Assembly: GCA_964195945.1 (NCBI GenBank)
Contig: CAXMRC010000201.1
Span: 12,652-76,651, forward strand
Source: an uncultured Gemmatimonadales bacterium
Lineage (GTDB): Bacteria; Actinomycetota; Acidimicrobiia; Spongiisociales; UBA5794
Reading direction: 5' to 3'
DNA length: 64,000 nucleotides
Made by a program: the position numbers and the translations under genes. The notes below the pieces were generated by a model. It had not been told where the DNA came from, ran no database searches, and worked only from the letters and a program-made list of their open reading frames with translations. Shown here one piece after another: positions 50,011 through 59,297 of the stretch (the first letter of the stretch is position 1; every line of letters begins with the position of its first letter).

Positions 50011-51072
50011 ATGCCCGTTCCCGAACCCGATCGCATCACTGCCTGGCTGGTCGACCTGCCCCTGCGGCAGCCGTTTTCCTCGGCGGTCACCCACTTGAGC
50101 AGTCGCCGGCTGATTGTGGTGCGGCTGGATTTGGGTGACGCAGCGGGATGGGGAGAGGCTGCACCCGTCCCCGACCACAGCGGCGATGCCGTCGAAAGCA
50201 TGTGGGAGTCGCTGAAGCGTTCCTCGGCTGATTTCGGGCTCCGCTCTCCTGTACGCGGCGATGGGATGATCCGGGCGGCGTTTGCGCAGGCAAGCACCGA
50301 CCTGGCCGCACAAGCAGCGGGCCAACCGTTGTGGCGCTATCTGGGTGGAACCGGGCGGGTATGGGCGAGCGCAGCGATAGGACTCAACACGGATGGGCAG
50401 CCCGACGACGACCAGATCTCCTCAGCGGCCGTTGCTGGATATCGTCATGCGAAGCTGAAGATCAGCGAGCGCACCCGGATCGAAAGCCTGGCGTCGGTCA
50501 TCGCCCGTTTTCCAAGCATCACGTTCGGTGTCGACGCCAACGGCTCGATGGACCTCGACGATCAATCAAGACTCGCTCTCCTCGACGACCTGGGACTTGC
50601 CTATATCGAACAGCCGGGGCCCGCAGATGATCTCACGGGACACCGGACGCTGCGCACCAAACTGGCTACCCCCGTCTCGCTCGACGAGTCCGCCTCGTCA
50701 CCAACGGCTATCGACCGAATTGTCGCCAAGGGCGCCGCAGACGTCATCAATCTCAAAGTCGGTCGTTTTGGGACCGCGGAAACGCTTGCGTTGGCCAAGA
50801 AGATCATCGCCGGAGGCTGCAATGTTCGACTGGGTGGGCTTGTTGAAAGTGGCATAGGGCGGGCGCACACCATTGCCCTCGCCACCAACGAAATATTTGC
50901 GACAGTCGGAGATATCGCAGGTTCCGACAGGTACTTCACCGACGATCTCGTTCGACCACAGTGGCGCGTTGTCGATGGCCAACTCATACCACCCGATGCA
51001 CCGGGACTCGGTGTCGATGTCAATGAGACCGCGGTTTTGCGCTACGCGATCGACTCGCTCACGTCTGGCTAG
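50011..51072 (+). CDS. Enolase-superfamily mandelate racemase/muconate lactonizing enzyme family (MR/MLE) protein (o-succinylbenzoate synthase-like)
   Basis: KxK (HAKLKIS), metal ligands D (VDANG), E (YIEQP), D (LDES). The ORF opens at 49828. Confidence 0.8.
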   Translation: MPVPEPDRITAWLVDLPLRQPFSSAVTHLSSRRLIVVRLDLGDAAGWGEAAPVPDHSGDAVESMWESLKRSSADFGLRSPVRGDGMIRAAFAQASTDLAAQAAGQPLWRYLGGTGRVWASAAIGLNTDGQPDDDQISSAAVAGYRHAKLKISERTRIESLASVIARFPSITFGVDANGSMDLDDQSRLALLDDLGLAYIEQPGPADDLTGHRTLRTKLATPVSLDESASSPTAIDRIVAKGAADVINLKVGRFGTAETLALAKKIIAGGCNVRLGGLVESGIGRAHTIALATNEIFATVGDIAGSDRYFTDDLVRPQWRVVDGQLIPPDAPGLGVDVNETAVLRYAIDSLTSG

Positions 51073-51102
51073 CGGTATGCGGCCGAGGTTGCGGCTACCG
51101 TT

Positions 51103-53436
51103 GTGATTATGACGAAACGTGTGCTCCATCTTGCATTCCTTGCTGTCCTGGCCAGCCTCCTCCTTGTCAATCCGGCAACGGCACAAACCACAGACAGCGA
51201 GCCGAGTAATTGCGGTAGCTACGAGGGAATCGTTTGCTACGGGTGGTTCTCAGACAACGCCAACATCGTCGACGACGATGCCGCAATAGAAGCATCTATT
51301 GCGGCCCTCGTCGAGCGCTACGGCAACCAGATAGCAGTCGTTACCGTTACCGAGAGCCCATACGGCTCACCGCTTGAATTCGCCAATGACCTCGGAAACG
51401 CTTGGGGAGTCGGGGATGCGGAGCGGCAGGATGGCATCGTTGTTCTGATCGACATAGACAACAGACGCACCGAGATGACCGCAGGACCAGGAGTCCCGCT
51501 CCTCGACTACACCCGGGTTACCGGAGCCGGCAACTCTTTCTTTGGGCGTGACGAATTCGACTCGGGCATCATCGCAATAATCGGGAGCCTTGAGCAAGAG
51601 TTGGCCTTCGTTGCCGGAGGTGGCAGCAATGACGGGATCGCGTCATCGAATCCCGACGTCAGCTTGACCCCATCGAGTGACGCCGAACCGTCCTCAGGGT
51701 TAGTAGTCGGAGCACTGGCCGCCGCCGTCTTGGTCGGTGGCGGCGTTGGGCTGGCCGCGGCTCGGCAACGACGGCGCGAGCGAATCGGGAAGGAAAGATC
51801 CGAGCTTGTTGACGGCGACGTGACCGCTCTCGATCCAGCAGGACACGAGCTTCCGCTTCTCGCAGACTATGCGATCCCGTTTCGCGGGACGCCACCAGAG
51901 GTGGACACAAGGTCCGCCCTAGGTGCACTCGAGAGGGTCCATGCGGGCCTCGATCCCCAACACGAGGAAGCTATGGCTGCGCTGTGGTCGAGTGATCTGG
52001 TCACCGTCATCGACCGTGACCGTCTACTCACTGAAACCGAGGTCCCGTTGGAATTGCGTGTTTCGTCGGAGCAACCGATCTTGGAGGGCGGCCTCCAGGC
52101 GGCAATCCGGGATGCGCTCGAGGTCGATGCAGACAATGACGACGATTTCGCCGTGAAGCGGCATGAGCTACAACGGATCATTGCCAGTCTCCGACCGCAC
52201 CGGATCGGAAACACCAGGTTTCGGATGGGACAATCTATCGACGATCGATCGGTGCGCACCGCCATCGGGTTTGCGCTCCTGACCGATGACGGTGAGCGTC
52301 TGCTCGAGGCGGGACCTGTTCTAGACATCAGCGCACCGCTGGATAGCGCCATCGCTGAATTGAATCTTGTCTATGCGACAGCCCAGGACAAAGCCTCCAA
52401 GATGGAGAGCCTCTACAAGCAGCTCCCTTCATCGACCACACGGCCTGCCGTCGCCGCTGCTCTCGCCGACCTGTCCGATGACGTCGACTCGTCGTATCGC
52501 CGTTACGAGGCGTTGCGACAGACGCTAGAGACACAGGGCTCGATGCTCAGCCGGGACGGGCTCTCAATTCCCGCTATCGCGGCTTTGCTGCTGATGAACA
52601 ATGATGACGAGGATGTCGATGACTTCGTCGCGGCGTATGAAGCAAATCGCGGCCGCGGAGTCGACGCAGACACCGCTGTCGAATATGCACTCGCCGGGCT
52701 CACCCACCCTGGTGAGATCGGCCGGGTCCGTACGGAGGCCGACCGACTCGGTCTGCCTGTCTCGCTCACAGCAGCTTTGTTGCGCCGCAGGGACGATGGG
52801 CCGGAGATTTATCAAGCCCTGGCAGACCAGCTAGCGACCAGTGGAGTCAAAGGCGACGCCCGCCGTACCATCGCCGCGGTCCTGGCAATCTCGCTGGAGC
52901 CGGCGCAAGCAATTCGGCGGTGGTCCGAAGCGCGTCAGGCATTGGCCGCTCTCGGCCTGGCCGGCGCCTATGCCGATGTTGCGGCCGCATTCGGCGCCTC
53001 TGATGCGCGCGGGTCTCGCACGTTTGCACTTGCCTATGCCGCACAGCGACAGGCCCTCAGCAGAAGCACAATCGACGATGCCGACAGGTTTGCACCGGAG
53101 CTCGCCCACGACGGCACAGGACGGCAGACCGATTCGTGGAGCCAGTCGCCGATTCCCCGAGGCCTCGGTAACTTCGACCCCTATACGCTTCTGTTCTACC
53201 ACTGGGTTGTCACCAAGGGCAGTCGCGGTTCATACGGCTGGGAGCCCATCTATCGAGACAGCTCGTGGTCAAGTGATTCCAACTCGTGGTGGGGCGGCGG
53301 AGGTGGCTTTGGTGGCGGCGGCTCCTGGGGCGGCGGGTCGTCCTGGGGCGGATCCTGGGGCGGTGGTGGCGGTAGCTTTGGAGGCTTCGGCGGAGGTGGG
53401 GGCTTCTCCGGCGGCGGGGGCGGCAGCGGGTGGTAG
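51103..53436 (+). CDS. TPM-domain (TLP18.3/Psb32/MOLO-1) membrane protein, unusually long, with Gly-rich C-terminal tail
   Basis: Signal peptide. TPM domain (QIAVVTV...FANDLGNAWGVGDAERQDGIVVLIDIDNRRTEMTAGPG). TM helix. About 450 aa uncharacterised domain. C-terminal GGGGGFGGGGSWGGG repeats. Confidence 0.75.
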   Translation: MIMTKRVLHLAFLAVLASLLLVNPATAQTTDSEPSNCGSYEGIVCYGWFSDNANIVDDDAAIEASIAALVERYGNQIAVVTVTESPYGSPLEFANDLGNAWGVGDAERQDGIVVLIDIDNRRTEMTAGPGVPLLDYTRVTGAGNSFFGRDEFDSGIIAIIGSLEQELAFVAGGGSNDGIASSNPDVSLTPSSDAEPSSGLVVGALAAAVLVGGGVGLAAARQRRRERIGKERSELVDGDVTALDPAGHELPLLADYAIPFRGTPPEVDTRSALGALERVHAGLDPQHEEAMAALWSSDLVTVIDRDRLLTETEVPLELRVSSEQPILEGGLQAAIRDALEVDADNDDDFAVKRHELQRIIASLRPHRIGNTRFRMGQSIDDRSVRTAIGFALLTDDGERLLEAGPVLDISAPLDSAIAELNLVYATAQDKASKMESLYKQLPSSTTRPAVAAALADLSDDVDSSYRRYEALRQTLETQGSMLSRDGLSIPAIAALLLMNNDDEDVDDFVAAYEANRGRGVDADTAVEYALAGLTHPGEIGRVRTEADRLGLPVSLTAALLRRRDDGPEIYQALADQLATSGVKGDARRTIAAVLAISLEPAQAIRRWSEARQALAALGLAGAYADVAAAFGASDARGSRTFALAYAAQRQALSRSTIDDADRFAPELAHDGTGRQTDSWSQSPIPRGLGNFDPYTLLFYHWVVTKGSRGSYGWEPIYRDSSWSSDSNSWWGGGGGFGGGGSWGGGSSWGGSWGGGGGSFGGFGGGGGFSGGGGGSGW
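53281..53433. repeat. GGC/GGT codon-rich low-complexity tract encoding the Gly-rich tail of the TPM protein
   Basis: Direct reading of the sequence. The antisense strand yields a spurious Pro-rich ORF (53250..53909). Confidence 0.6.
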
Positions 53437-54212
53437 CTGAACGCATAACCTCGACGGCCAATCCCCGGATCAAGGCATTCGCCAAGCTGAAGACGGCTCG
53501 GGATCGAAGGACCACCGGCCTGTTTCTCATCGAGGGACGACGCGAGGTCGCCCGTGCCATTGCGGCTCACGTTGACATCGAGACCCTCTTGTTGTGTCCC
53601 GAACTTCTCAACGGGCCGCTGCTGGTTCCACCCGACATCGAGACCGTCGAGCTGGCGCCTGATCCGATGGCCAGGGTGGCAATGCGCGAGAATCCGCCGG
53701 GGAGCATCGCCGTAGCCCGGCAATTCGACACAAGCCTCGACCAGCTCGCTCTCGGTTCTGATCCATTGCTTCTCATTGCGGAACGGATCGAGAAACCTGG
53801 CAACCTTGGAGCGATGATGCGCACCGCCGATGCCGTCGGCGTGGACGCGATCGTTGTTGCAGACGCGATAACGGACATCTTCAACCCCAACGTTGTCAGG
53901 GCATCGCAAGGTGCGTTGTTCTCTGTACCTATCGCCGTCGCGTCCAGCGGCGCCGCCATTGCTTGGGCTGCGGCCAATTCGATCAGCATCGTCGGCGGCT
54001 ACCCCTCCGCCAACACCGAGCTGTGGGCGGTGAACATGACAGGACCTACGGCGCTGCTGATCGGGGCCGAGGACGTGGGCATCTCCTCGGTATGGAGCAA
54101 CGTTGCGATGCCGGTGCGCATCCCGATGGCAGGAGCTGCCGACAGCCTGAACGCTTCAGTCTCCGCGGCCGTTTTGCTATTCGAGGCCGTGCGCCAGCGC
54201 CGTGCCGGTTGA
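53430..54212 (+). CDS. TrmH/SpoU-family RNA 2'-O-methyltransferase
   Basis: SPOUT motifs ERIEKPGNLGAMMRTADAVG, ...VVAD..TDIFNPNVVRASQGALF, and IGAEDVGIS. GTG start overlapping the TPM gene end by 7 nt. Confidence 0.8.
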   Translation: MVAERITSTANPRIKAFAKLKTARDRRTTGLFLIEGRREVARAIAAHVDIETLLLCPELLNGPLLVPPDIETVELAPDPMARVAMRENPPGSIAVARQFDTSLDQLALGSDPLLLIAERIEKPGNLGAMMRTADAVGVDAIVVADAITDIFNPNVVRASQGALFSVPIAVASSGAAIAWAAANSISIVGGYPSANTELWAVNMTGPTALLIGAEDVGISSVWSNVAMPVRIPMAGAADSLNASVSAAVLLFEAVRQRRAG

Positions 54213-54234
54213 ACCTCGAAGACGCCACCTCGGT

Positions 54235-54786
54235 TTACGGCTTCGATAAGGTCCAGATACCGTCATCGTCGAGCATGCGGTTGATCAGCTCGAGACGGCG
54301 GACCGCGCTCCCGTAATTGGCGGCGCTCGTCGTCTTGATATAAACCGGCGGACCCTGCCGAATCATGGTTGGAACGTTGGTGACTCCCAGTACACGGGCC
54401 TGGGCGCTGGCTTCGCGGAGAAGGTCGAAGCCGGGATCGATCGCCCTGCTGATGACTTCGTCCGCAGGGATACCGGCGACATGGGCGGCCACCGCAAGCG
54501 TGGTGTCCGTGCCAGGGTCATCCTTCTCGTGGTAGCCAAGCGTCATCAGTGCAAGCACAAAGCGTTGGTGTTGGTCGGCGTGTGATTCACGAACTGCGGC
54601 GCATGCCGCCAGCGCTCTCGCCTTGCTGGGAATCCTGCCATCGGTGTCAACCTCGTCGACAAGGAACTCTTGCCAATCCACATGGATGTTGACGCCTTTG
54701 GTCTGGGAGGCCTTGAGCATTGTCGAGTAGATGCGCCATACGTCGTACGTCTCGAAGCTGTAGAAGATCTGTCCGGTGAAATCCAT
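54235..54786 (-). CDS. DsbA-like thioredoxin-fold protein lacking CxxC (2-hydroxychromene-2-carboxylate isomerase-like)
   Basis: FYSFETYDVWRIY N-terminus without catalytic cysteines. About 180 aa. Family assignment is tentative. Confidence 0.5.
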   Translation of the reverse strand: MDFTGQIFYSFETYDVWRIYSTMLKASQTKGVNIHVDWQEFLVDEVDTDGRIPSKARALAACAAVRESHADQHQRFVLALMTLGYHEKDDPGTDTTLAVAAHVAGIPADEVISRAIDPGFDLLREASAQARVLGVTNVPTMIRQGPPVYIKTTSAANYGSAVRRLELINRMLDDDGIWTLSKP

Positions 54787-54821
54787 GAGACCAGGCTACC
54801 GCGCCTGCCAGGCGTTGATTC

Positions 54822-54851
54822 TTGACATCGAACATATGTTCGCCTTATCGT
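54822..54851 (+). promoter_or_regulatory. Putative promoter (TTGACA-N18-TATCGT) giving a leaderless mRNA for the DnaQ/GIY-YIG gene
   Basis: Perfect -35 at 54822-54827. TAnnnT -10 at 54846-54851. Predicted TSS at or about the ATG at 54861. Confidence 0.3.
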
Positions 54852-54860
54852 GCGACACCA

Positions 54861-56492
54861 ATGGCTATCCCTATCCAACGAACCTTTGACGATCTTGGTA
54901 CTCCTCTTCACGAGGTCTCGTTTTGCGTGTTGGATCTGGAGACAACAGGCGGCTCCCCCGCCACATGCGAAATCACCGAGGTCGGTGCGGTCAAGTACGT
55001 AGGGGGCGAGTTGGTCGGTACGTTTGACACATTGGTCAATCCGGGTGCCCCGATCCCGCCCACGATCACCGTCATCACCGGGATCACGCAGGCGATGGTG
55101 ATTGAGGCGCCTCGAATAGAAGAGGTTCTCCCCTCGTTACTGGAGTTCATCGGCACATCGGTAATCGTCGGCCACAACGTCCGCTTCGACATGTCTTTCC
55201 TCAACGCGGCAGCAGAGCGCCTCGGCTACGGCAAACTGCCCAATCCAACAAGCGACACCCTTGGACTAGCGCGTCGCCTGGTTCGAACCGAGGTCCGCAG
55301 GCTCAACCTGCAAACGCTGGCAGCCCACTTCCGATCCGTCGTTACCCCGAACCACCGCGCTCTTGCCGACGCCCAAGCAACCGCACACGTTTTTTGGGCT
55401 TTGCTGGAACGAGCCGGGACCATCGGCGTAACTCACCTTGAAGACCTGATGCGACTGCCCACAGCCAGGGGCGCGGCGCACTATGAGAAGATCGAACTGA
55501 CGGAGCGTCTCCCCCGCAAGCCAGGCGTCTATCTGTTTCGGGACAAGGACGGCCACGTCATCTATGTCGGGAAGGCCAAGAATCTACGCACCAGGGTGCG
55601 GTCGTATTTCTACGGCGACAATCGGCGATCAGTTGGCCAGATGCTGCGCGACCTCGGTGAGATCGACTTTCGGGTGTGCGCTACCGAGATCGAGGCAGAG
55701 GTGACGGAGTTGCGACTGATCCATTCGAACATCCCTCGATACAACCGCAGGTCGAGACCACCAAAATCTCCTCAGTATGTGAAGCTGACCGCTGAGGAGT
55801 TTCCTCGTCTCTCTGTAGTCAGAACACTCAAAGCGGATGGGTGCCTCTACCTCGGGCCATTCCGATCTCGACGGATTGCCAACCACGTTGTCACGGCCAT
55901 CTGGGATGCGCTGCCCATCCGCCGCTGCATGACGAAAGGCGGAAAGCGCAGCCCTGCATGCAGCTTCTCGCAATTGGGGGTGGCGTTGTGCCCGTGCGAC
56001 GGCAGCGTGCCGGCAGAGGTCTATCGCGACGTCGTCGCAACATTGCGGCACGGGGTTGAGGACCAGCCCGGCGAGCTCCTGGAGCCTCTCGTGTCTCGGC
56101 TCCGCGAGTATGCAGGAAGCGCTCGCTTCGAAGAGGCTGCGGAACTGCGCGACCGGCATCGGGCACTATCGCGAGCTCTCGACGACCGACGCAACTGGGC
56201 AGTGCTGCAGCAGGCGGGACTGCTTTGGGCAGAAGATCAGGTCGGTGACAGCATCCTTGTGGAGCATGGGAAGCTTGTCGCGTCTTGGTCGCAAGATGAG
56301 CAGTCCCCGCTCACGACAACGGCTGCCACCGTGGCAGCGACCCATATGGTTCCGGAGTCGGTTGCCATCGCTGAAGAGGCTCGACTTCTATGGAAGTGGC
56401 TCAACCGGCCTGGCGTGCAAATCATCGAGTCGACACACCCGCTGACAACCTCACGACACCCCGTACCTTCACTCACATCACTAGCCGGCTAA
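54861..56492 (+). CDS. DEDDh 3'-5' exonuclease (DnaQ-like) fused to GIY-YIG nuclease domain (Cho/UvrC-N-like)
   Basis: Exo I FCVLDLETTG, Exo II VIVGHNVRFDMSFL, Exo III HRALADAQATAHV. Then GIY-YIG GVYLFRDKDGHVIYVGKAKNLRTRVRSYF...E. The ORF opens at TTG 54822. The ATG at 54861 fits a leaderless transcript. Confidence 0.8.
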   Translation: MAIPIQRTFDDLGTPLHEVSFCVLDLETTGGSPATCEITEVGAVKYVGGELVGTFDTLVNPGAPIPPTITVITGITQAMVIEAPRIEEVLPSLLEFIGTSVIVGHNVRFDMSFLNAAAERLGYGKLPNPTSDTLGLARRLVRTEVRRLNLQTLAAHFRSVVTPNHRALADAQATAHVFWALLERAGTIGVTHLEDLMRLPTARGAAHYEKIELTERLPRKPGVYLFRDKDGHVIYVGKAKNLRTRVRSYFYGDNRRSVGQMLRDLGEIDFRVCATEIEAEVTELRLIHSNIPRYNRRSRPPKSPQYVKLTAEEFPRLSVVRTLKADGCLYLGPFRSRRIANHVVTAIWDALPIRRCMTKGGKRSPACSFSQLGVALCPCDGSVPAEVYRDVVATLRHGVEDQPGELLEPLVSRLREYAGSARFEEAAELRDRHRALSRALDDRRNWAVLQQAGLLWAEDQVGDSILVEHGKLVASWSQDEQSPLTTTAATVAATHMVPESVAIAEEARLLWKWLNRPGVQIIESTHPLTTSRHPVPSLTSLAG

Positions 56493-56513
56493 CCGGCGCG
56501 GTACTCTGCTCCC

Positions 56514-58505
56514 ATGAAGTTCATCGTTCGCAAGGGGTCAGACCCCGTCGGCACGGCAGATTCTGCACTCCTCACGGCTCTCGGATTGCCCGGTGGCGGC
56601 GTCGTGGCCCTGGGAAAAACCCACGTTCTTGTCAGCCCCGGCGAAACCACCTCGCCGAGCGCAATCATGCTTGGCGAGCGAGCAATCAGCAACGCAGGGG
56701 TATCGATCGGCGACTCAGTCGATGTAGTCCGATCGATACTGCCAGGGGCACGGCGAGTCCTCATCTCCCCACTGGATGCCGAAATTGATGCTCGTCACCT
56801 CGCCCGCTCTCTCCAAGGCTCACCGGTATCTGAGGGTGATCGTATCGCCGTGCGCACTGGGTACGGTCAAGACGCCAACGCTGCGCTGATAGATGTCGAG
56901 ATAACTTCGGTAACTCCCGGGCCCTCGGCCGTCGTCGGCAGCGCCACTGTTGTCCACGAAGTTGGAGAGGACACCGAGGACCTCGTTGACCAACCACCTG
57001 GGGCACCGGCCGGCGAAGCCCTGACCACCGCCAGGGCATTGCTAGCCGGACTCGCGACTGAGACCGAAGTTATGACCGGATGGTTGTCACTGTTGACCGC
57101 AGCAGGCGACCTGCCGGAAGTATGGGGCCTGCCCAAGGTCGCTGGCGTGCTGGTCGAAGGTCCCGCAGGGTGCGGCAAATCAGAGATAGTGGCCGCTGCG
57201 GCACAAATCGTCGGAGCCTCGGTGCACGAGGTCTCCCTCGAACTTGTCTTTAAGCCGCAGAAACTCCTTGAACTGCTCGAAAAGGCAGTGAAAGACTCCC
57301 CGCGTCCTGCTGTGATCTTCCTCGATCGTCTCGATGCCGTCGTCGGTGACGACGCCATGTTCCGCAACCAGGTCGCCGCCATTTTGCGGTGGTTCCTCGA
57401 CGCGGTAGCGGATCGCCCCCGCCTCGCCTGCGTGCTCGGCGTCTCTTCGGTCGCCCGTCTTCCAGAATCGGTGTCACGCTCCAAGTTTCTGCCACGGACG
57501 TTGACAATCCCGCCACCTGACCTGCAACGGCGCGCGCTGCTTTTTGAGGCGGCATTGGCCAGGGTGCCCAGCGGCGAGATCGACTATTCCATGCTGGCGG
57601 CACGAACTGCCGGTTTCTCTGGCGCTGATGTGCTGGCGGCGGTCGTCCACGCCTCCGCACTTGTCGCTAGAGACGGCACAAAGGTCAACGCGGAGTTGCT
57701 GATGCGTGCGATTGAAGAAACCACCCCGTCGCTTGGAACAACGTCCCTTGGCGAGATGCCTAGCTATGGCTTCGAACGGGTGGCCAACCTCGAAGAAGTC
57801 AAACAACGACTCACGGAGTCCGTCATCTGGCAGATGCAGGAGCCGGAGCGATTCACCAGACTTGGTATCGAGCCACCTCGCGGGCTGCTCCTCTACGGGC
57901 CTCCAGGGACAGGGAAGACGTTCGTCATACGAGCACTTGCACACGAGAGCGGAGCCGCCTTCTTCACCATCAAGGGCGCCGAGCTTCTGGACAAGTACGT
58001 TGGCGAGTCCGAACGTGCCGTTCGCGAGGTGTTTGCGCGAGCCCGTGCAGTGGCACCGGCCATCTTGTTCTTCGACGAGATCGACGCCCTCGCTCCCGTG
58101 CGCGGTAACTCGACGAACTCCGTCACCGATTCCGTGGTTGCGGCACTGCTCACTGAACTCGATGGAGTCTCCGACAGAGGCGATGTCTTCGCCATCGGAG
58201 CGACAAACCGTCGAGACCTCGTTGATCCAGCATTGCTCCGTCCCGGTCGCCTGGAGACTCACTTGTATCTCGGTCTGCCCGCCCCCGAGTCACGGCGGGC
58301 GTTCTTTGGGATATCTGATGTACCACTCGCCGATGATGTCGATGTCGAAGAAATGATCGACGCAACCGAGGGATTGTCGTTTGCGGAACTGTCGGGCCTG
58401 CTCCGCGAGGCGGCCATTGGTGCGTTACGCCGAGATTCGTCGGCGCTCGCAGTCACCAAGCCCGAAGTTGATGCCGCCATCGCCCACTATCAGAACCGCG
58501 GCTAG
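56514..58505 (+). CDS. CDC48/VCP-like double-ring AAA+ ATPase (actinobacterial Cpa-like)
   Basis: N-terminal CDC48-N-like domain. D1 Walker A GPAGCGKSE. D2 Walker A GPPGTGKT, Walker B ILFFDEID, and second region of homology. 663 aa. Confidence 0.75.
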   Translation: MKFIVRKGSDPVGTADSALLTALGLPGGGVVALGKTHVLVSPGETTSPSAIMLGERAISNAGVSIGDSVDVVRSILPGARRVLISPLDAEIDARHLARSLQGSPVSEGDRIAVRTGYGQDANAALIDVEITSVTPGPSAVVGSATVVHEVGEDTEDLVDQPPGAPAGEALTTARALLAGLATETEVMTGWLSLLTAAGDLPEVWGLPKVAGVLVEGPAGCGKSEIVAAAAQIVGASVHEVSLELVFKPQKLLELLEKAVKDSPRPAVIFLDRLDAVVGDDAMFRNQVAAILRWFLDAVADRPRLACVLGVSSVARLPESVSRSKFLPRTLTIPPPDLQRRALLFEAALARVPSGEIDYSMLAARTAGFSGADVLAAVVHASALVARDGTKVNAELLMRAIEETTPSLGTTSLGEMPSYGFERVANLEEVKQRLTESVIWQMQEPERFTRLGIEPPRGLLLYGPPGTGKTFVIRALAHESGAAFFTIKGAELLDKYVGESERAVREVFARARAVAPAILFFDEIDALAPVRGNSTNSVTDSVVAALLTELDGVSDRGDVFAIGATNRRDLVDPALLRPGRLETHLYLGLPAPESRRAFFGISDVPLADDVDVEEMIDATEGLSFAELSGLLREAAIGALRRDSSALAVTKPEVDAAIAHYQNRG

Positions 58506-59215
58506 GCACCGGCTGCCGCCGCAGCCTCGGCGAAAGTAAATTGGTCGTCGTATAGAGCCCTACCTACTATCGCCGCCTCGACATCGTGGGTAGCGACTCG
58601 GCTGACGTCTTCGAGGGTGCCAACTCCCCCGGATGCGATCACCGCGAGGCTGGGTGCGATGCTCAGCACGGCCTCGAGCAAATGGGTGTCCGGCCCGGCG
58701 AGGGTGCCATCGGTGGCGATACCGGTGGCGAGGACCCGCACCACGCCCACGGAAACGAGATCCCCCAGGACATCTGCAAGATCACGCCCATCATCAAGCC
58801 AGCCGGCACCGGTTGCCTTCCCTTCTCTGACGTCGATCGCGGCAACCACTCGATCCGCGCCGACGGCCGAGACGATTTGCGACATGAGTGCCGGATCCCA
58901 GACCGCGGCCGTCCCCAGGACAACCCGAACGGCCCCCGCGTCGACTACCGCTTTGGCATCGTCGAGAGTTCTAATCCCGCCACCTATCTGGAAGGGGACG
59001 TTGCGGGCGCCGAGCGTCTTCCACATCTTTCGATCGCCGACTCCATCACGAGCTCCGGCCAGATCGACCACATGAACGATCTGGGCGCCCTGTTCAACCC
59101 AGGAGGCGACCCTGGCAGCTGGATCGTCGGAGTAGACCGTTACCTCGTCATATCGACCTTGGCGGAGTCGAACGACCTTCCCATCCAGAACGTCTACTGC
59201 GGGGATTACATACAC
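58502..59215 (-). CDS. hisA: Phosphoribosyl isomerase A, HisA/PriA type ((beta/alpha)8 barrel)
   Basis: VIPAVDVLDGKVVRLRQGRYD...VVDL..A..G...N...I......VPFQIGGGIRT...IASGGVGTLEDV. GTG start. Confidence 0.85.
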   Translation of the reverse strand: MYVIPAVDVLDGKVVRLRQGRYDEVTVYSDDPAARVASWVEQGAQIVHVVDLAGARDGVGDRKMWKTLGARNVPFQIGGGIRTLDDAKAVVDAGAVRVVLGTAAVWDPALMSQIVSAVGADRVVAAIDVREGKATGAGWLDDGRDLADVLGDLVSVGVVRVLATGIATDGTLAGPDTHLLEAVLSIAPSLAVIASGGVGTLEDVSRVATHDVEAAIVGRALYDDQFTFAEAAAAAGA

Positions 59216-59297
59216 TATTCCGACTCCAGCTTCGTTTTTTTGTGCTAGCGTGCTAAAACACTAGCTCGTCTCGACGGCAAAGGGAAAGGAAGTTGAA

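Noticed and set aside
53281-53433. Short tandem GGC/GGT repeats considered as a possible CRISPR or VNTR
   Set aside because: The repeats are in-frame codon repeats encoding Gly. There is no repeat-spacer architecture.
53250-53909. Pro-rich 219-aa ORF on the minus strand
   Set aside because: It is an antisense artefact of the GGC-repeat Gly-rich tail of the TPM gene.
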